A stretch of DNA of 17,539 bases from an uncultured Methanosarcinaceae archaeon (GTDB taxonomy: Archaea; Halobacteriota; Methanosarcinia; Methanosarcinales; Methanosarcinaceae). The position numbers were made by a program, and so were the translations under genes. This document shows, one piece after another, positions 15,037 through 17,539 of this stretch. The notes beneath the pieces are model-generated. The model did no database searches. It worked only from the letters and a program-made list of their open reading frames with translations, and was not told the origin of the DNA. The stretch spans positions 1-17,539 of the forward strand of contig CAVRJG010000035.1 of assembly GCA_963721455.1 (NCBI GenBank), written 5' to 3'. Each line of letters starts with the position of its first letter. Within the stretch, counting starts at the first letter, position 1.

Positions 15037-17147
15037 GTTGAATAGGAAGGAAAGATTACTCTTTCCCTCCCTTCCAGGAACGAACCGTGCGACTTTCACC
15101 GCAGTTCGCTCGCGCATTTCACAACCCTATAGGGCGGCTTTAAACGAAAAATGGAAGTCTGGTTTGAATCCATGGTGTCTGCCTTTTGATACGCTTCTTT
15201 CTGTCTAGGAAATAGTTTCTATCCAAGTAAGGATTGGCATCAAGTTTAGGCATTGCATGTCGACGGATTTGGGCATCTGAAAAATTTAGAAGTTTGGTCA
15301 CCTTGGTTCGGAATACCCAGTTTCTGTTACCTTCAGAATACCAATATTTGCTTGCAATCCATTTATGACCTTTATTAGGATGTCTCCGTTTTCCCCATTG
15401 CCAAGTGACTTCCCATAAATAGAAATCAAGTTTCATGAACGTATTCTTAGCCGCTATGTGGCGATGATAATTTGTCCATCCCTTAATTATCGGGTTAAGA
15501 GTTTTGATAAGTTCATCCTGGGTCCATGCTTTAGCCTTACTAACAATAGTCTTGAGCTTCTGAGTGATCGATTTAATTGACTTAGGAGATGGCTTAGTCA
15601 GAAGTATTCCTTTGTATTTGCGGAAGTTCCATCCAAGAAAGTCAAAACCATCGTCAATGTGAGTAATTAATGTTTTTTCAGGAGAAAGTTCAAGACCCCT
15701 AATTGCCAGAAAGTCACGGATGATTTCACATACTTCTTCTGCTATTTTCTTTGATGGAGCAGTGACCAGAAAATCATCTGCGTAGCGGATAAAGTGTACT
15801 TTCTGTCTAGGAAAACGATCATCTAAAGCCTTTTCGATCCCATCTAATGTCATGTTGGCAAGGATGGGAGAGATAATGTTCCCCTGAGGTGTACCATTAT
15901 CAGTATGGTAGAATATACCATTAGAAATGAAACCTGATTTCAGAAATTGAGACAGTATTGATCTGTCCATTGGAATATTATTTTTGAGCCAGGAATGAGC
16001 AATGTTGTCGAAGCATCCTTTTATATCTCCTTCCAAGATCCATTGACTTGATGTCTTTCTCCAAAGGCATGTGAATGCATATGTTGATGCATCTTGTGCA
16101 CACTTAAAAAGACGAAAACCGAACGAACGAGGATCGGCAGTAGTTTCTGCTACAGGCTGAAGAGCTAGAGCATAAAGTGCCTGCATAGCTCGATCATTCA
16201 TGGTCGGTATGGAGATCGGACGTTTGGTGGATTTTCCTGGTTTAGGGATATAGATACGACGTAATGGAGATGCTCGGTACTGTTGATCAGTGAGACTGAG
16301 TACTGCACGCATCTTGTCAGACGCAGCAGTCCAGAGCTGACCGTCGACACCCGCAGTTCGTTTTCCATGGTTTTGTGTAATAATACGCACTGCAAGTAAT
16401 TTAGCAGAGTGCGAATGGATCAGCAGGTATGTGAGCCTTTTAACCAGATTCCAGTTTTCGTTGTGTGTTGCCTTTGCAATCCGGGTCTGTAGCCTGTTAA
16501 CTCGAAATTTAATTTCTTCCCAGTCGATGGAACTCCATTGACGGAAAAGATTCCGGTCAGTACGCTTCTCGCTATAGGGCGTAGTTGAATCTCGCACTTT
16601 CACTGGTATACCTCCCTTTTTTGCCGTGAAACACCTGTTTCAAGTCAGCGCCTTTTCAGGCTAAGGTATAAGCCTCTATCCTGTCCATTACAGGCAGGCG
16701 TTCGCTTTTTGAAACATCCTCTTCCGTCTACACCATTTGTAGGTCTTGTGACTTCCATACCTCTTTTAGAGGAGCGCATACGGGTTACCAAGTTCCGTAT
16801 CAGAGATACTTTTGACGCTTTAGGAGCCATCTTTAGACCGAGAATCGCTTTGTCCGTTTGCCATCCTGTAGTTATACCAGAATAGCCGGATTCCATGCCA
16901 TTTTGGCTCAAGTGTATCACCCTGTTTTCACTTGTCTATCATTACGATCCTTGCAATGATTCAGCGTTTGCTTCTCCATGACGTCTTTTCTCTTGCAGAT
17001 TGAATAGATCAGGGTTCTATTCTTCTCCACGTTGTCTTGTGGGCTTCACACCCTCCCGTTAACCAGGAACGCATGCCACAATAGAGACACCCTAAACGGA
17101 TAGGGGACGGTTTGACCCGTAATCTTAGATACAACTTCTTGTCGCAC
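15037..17147 (-). mobile_element. Group II intron (2111 bp), probably IIB/chloroplast-like lineage
   Basis: 5' end GTGCGACAAG at 17147 and 3' end CCTATTCAAC at 15037. Domain V is GAGCGAACTGCGGTGAAAGTCGCACGGTTCGTTC (15078-15111; AGC triad, GAAA loop). Domain VI is a hairpin with a bulged A. Precise removal restores the transposase frame. Confidence 0.95.
15140..16603 (-). CDS. ltrA: Group II intron reverse transcriptase/maturase lacking an HNH endonuclease domain
   Basis: GTG start with AGGAG RBS; RT motifs EGDIKGCFD, GTPQG, RYADD and GFDFLG; maturase X domain (LNPIIKGWTNY). The ORF ends shortly after DANPYLD with no HNH. Confidence 0.95.
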   Translation of the reverse strand: MKVRDSTTPYSEKRTDRNLFRQWSSIDWEEIKFRVNRLQTRIAKATHNENWNLVKRLTYLLIHSHSAKLLAVRIITQNHGKRTAGVDGQLWTAASDKMRAVLSLTDQQYRASPLRRIYIPKPGKSTKRPISIPTMNDRAMQALYALALQPVAETTADPRSFGFRLFKCAQDASTYAFTCLWRKTSSQWILEGDIKGCFDNIAHSWLKNNIPMDRSILSQFLKSGFISNGIFYHTDNGTPQGNIISPILANMTLDGIEKALDDRFPRQKVHFIRYADDFLVTAPSKKIAEEVCEIIRDFLAIRGLELSPEKTLITHIDDGFDFLGWNFRKYKGILLTKPSPKSIKSITQKLKTIVSKAKAWTQDELIKTLNPIIKGWTNYHRHIAAKNTFMKLDFYLWEVTWQWGKRRHPNKGHKWIASKYWYSEGNRNWVFRTKVTKLLNFSDAQIRRHAMPKLDANPYLDRNYFLDRKKRIKRQTPWIQTRLPFFV

Positions 17148-17453
17148 ATAACCGTTGATAAGAATCCAGCTTATCCACCTGCTATAAATGAACTGAAAAA
17201 TGATAAAATATTACCTATAAACGTAGGAATTCGACAAATCAAGTATTTGAATAACATTATAGAACAAGATCATAGATCTATAAAACGAATCGTTAATCCA
17301 ATGTTAGGATTTCAGTCTTTTCGATCTGCTAATAAAACTTTAAAAGGAATTGAAGCTATGAATATGATTAAAAAAGGACAAGTGAATGATCTAAATTATT
17401 CTGTTCTTAATGAAGTCAAATACATTAATCAATTATTTGGTATAATTTTATAA

Positions 17454-17538
17454 TGTTGGTATGTTTCCCTTGGATCTTTTGACTTTTATTCATTACTTAT
17501 AGATTTACATATTTTTTTGAATTTTTTGCAACGGAACC
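17454..17538 (+). mobile_element. IS6 right end with terminal IR
   Basis: TTTTTTGCAACGGAACC ending at 17538, downstream of the transposase stop. Confidence 0.92.
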
Positions 17539-17539
17539 A

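Larger units (their letters stand above)
14857..17453 (+). pseudogene. IS6-family DDE transposase, 5'-truncated and interrupted by a group II intron (segments 14857-15036 and 17148-17453)
   Basis: Joining the segments gives in-frame SWRVDETYIKVKGKWKYFYRAVD...NQIPRV|ITVDKNPAYP...YLNNIIEQDHRSIK... with all three DDE residues. Confidence 0.93.

Noticed and set aside
15140-16603. RT as a retron, DGR or defence-associated RT
   Set aside because: Complete group II intron boundaries, domains V/VI and a maturase domain explain it, and no TR/VR pair is seen.
14926-16920. Minus-strand ORFs 14926-15117, 16198-16395 and 16645-16920
   Set aside because: They overlap intron RNA domains, the IEP or the antisense transposase, so they are spurious.
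17112-17147. N-terminal 12 aa of the 113-aa ORF at 17112-17453
   Set aside because: These codons are antisense intron sequence; the real transposase segment starts at 17148.

Overview
AT-rich archaeal accessory region, most likely from Methanosarcina (inferred from the protein families and repeat types). It starts inside one IS6-family element and ends at the right IR of another. The left 4.5 kb holds two intact genes, a P-type cation ATPase and dedA. The rest is a mosaic of decayed plasmid/provirus-like modules: a Fic gene, a small catalytic-domain-only tyrosine recombinase (one frameshifted copy, one truncated copy), a small-ORF operon, a hicB-hicA pair and a wHTH regulator. An intact-looking 2111-bp group II intron sits antisense inside an IS6 transposase. 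There are 19 IS6-type termini, mostly from ~150-bp MITEs, plus three other MITE families. The most striking unexplained structure is a bipartite site: a 9-7-9 perfect inverted repeat followed exactly 84 bp later by a 23-bp degenerate inverted repeat. It occurs twice (6140 and 8868) with co-varying arms, and one copy directly abuts the recombinase start codon, suggesting a mini-recombinase/res-site system with diversified specificity. Also notable are a cointegrate-like relic around the wHTH gene, an origin-like ACGACAC array and a candidate repeat-containing sRNA. All alignments were done by eye and no database search was run.
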